From Stegostoma tigrinum (taxonomy: Eukaryota), in assembly GCF_030684315.1 (NCBI RefSeq), contig NC_081359.1:23818184-23882183 (forward strand): a stretch of 64,000 bases of DNA, in the 5' to 3' direction. A program made the translations under genes and the position numbers. The notes under the pieces are model-generated. The model ran no database searches. It was not told the origin of the DNA and saw nothing but the letters and a program-made list of their open reading frames with translations. How positions within the stretch are numbered: position 1 is the stretch's first letter; every line of letters begins with the position of its first letter. Below are positions 63,486-64,000 of this stretch, in pieces.

Positions 63486-64000
63486 TAAAATATAATTCCA
63501 TGTAAAAATAAAAATGGTTTTTAAACTGCTGTATTGTGCTTACAGAAGCAACCTTCAGTGTTTGCCTAGCTGGAGCACCACAACCCCCTGCAACCACCTG
63601 CTTCAAGCAGATGCCTTGCTGTACACAATTTTAACGTGGAGCATGTTCAGGGCAGGTGTGGAGCAGGTTGAATATGATGCCCCCTCTCCCATGGAGAGTT
63701 CCCTGTGAGACTTGTCCCATATGCATATAAAATCTACTGTTGTGAATACAGAAGCAAAAGGAAGGAATTTTAAAATGTATATTAACTAATACGTTAATAT
63801 TTTAAAAAGAAGTTTTTATATTAACTTGATGTATAAGTTGACCTTCCATCCGTTAAGCTGTAAAATTCTGAAAAAGAGCATGATGTTGTATTGAAGTGAA
63901 GAAATGTTTTAAGATTTAAATGATAATCAGAGGAAGTGGAGATCATCATGAATAATACTGATGATTCTCAATATCAAATTATTTGATTTGTGTTTTTGGA

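Overview
Repeat-rich vertebrate genomic DNA, intergenic or intronic. It is most likely from a cartilaginous fish (shark); this is inferred from an HE1-type V-SINE, Deu-domain SINEs and the CR1/Penelope repertoire. No host protein-coding gene is recognisable. The only long intact ORF (23162-25063, frame open from about 23084) is a 5'-truncated Penelope-like element (PLE) with RT, a Cys-rich linker and a GIY-YIG endonuclease (Neptune-type). It has a 14-bp target-site duplication (TSD) and sits inside the terminal repeat of a second PLE family. At least three PLE families are present, each with a minimal hammerhead-ribozyme-like core. About 15 short PLE-terminus insertions are scattered through the window, many as fold-back pairs with TSDs. 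The rest is nested CR1 and L2 LINE fragments, an RTE remnant, solo LTRs, SINEs, a decayed Harbinger Myb/SANT gene, an interstitial telomere-like array, a degenerate minisatellite, local duplications and several unassigned exon-like segments. All calls were made by eye, boundaries of old repeats are approximate, and no database searches were run.
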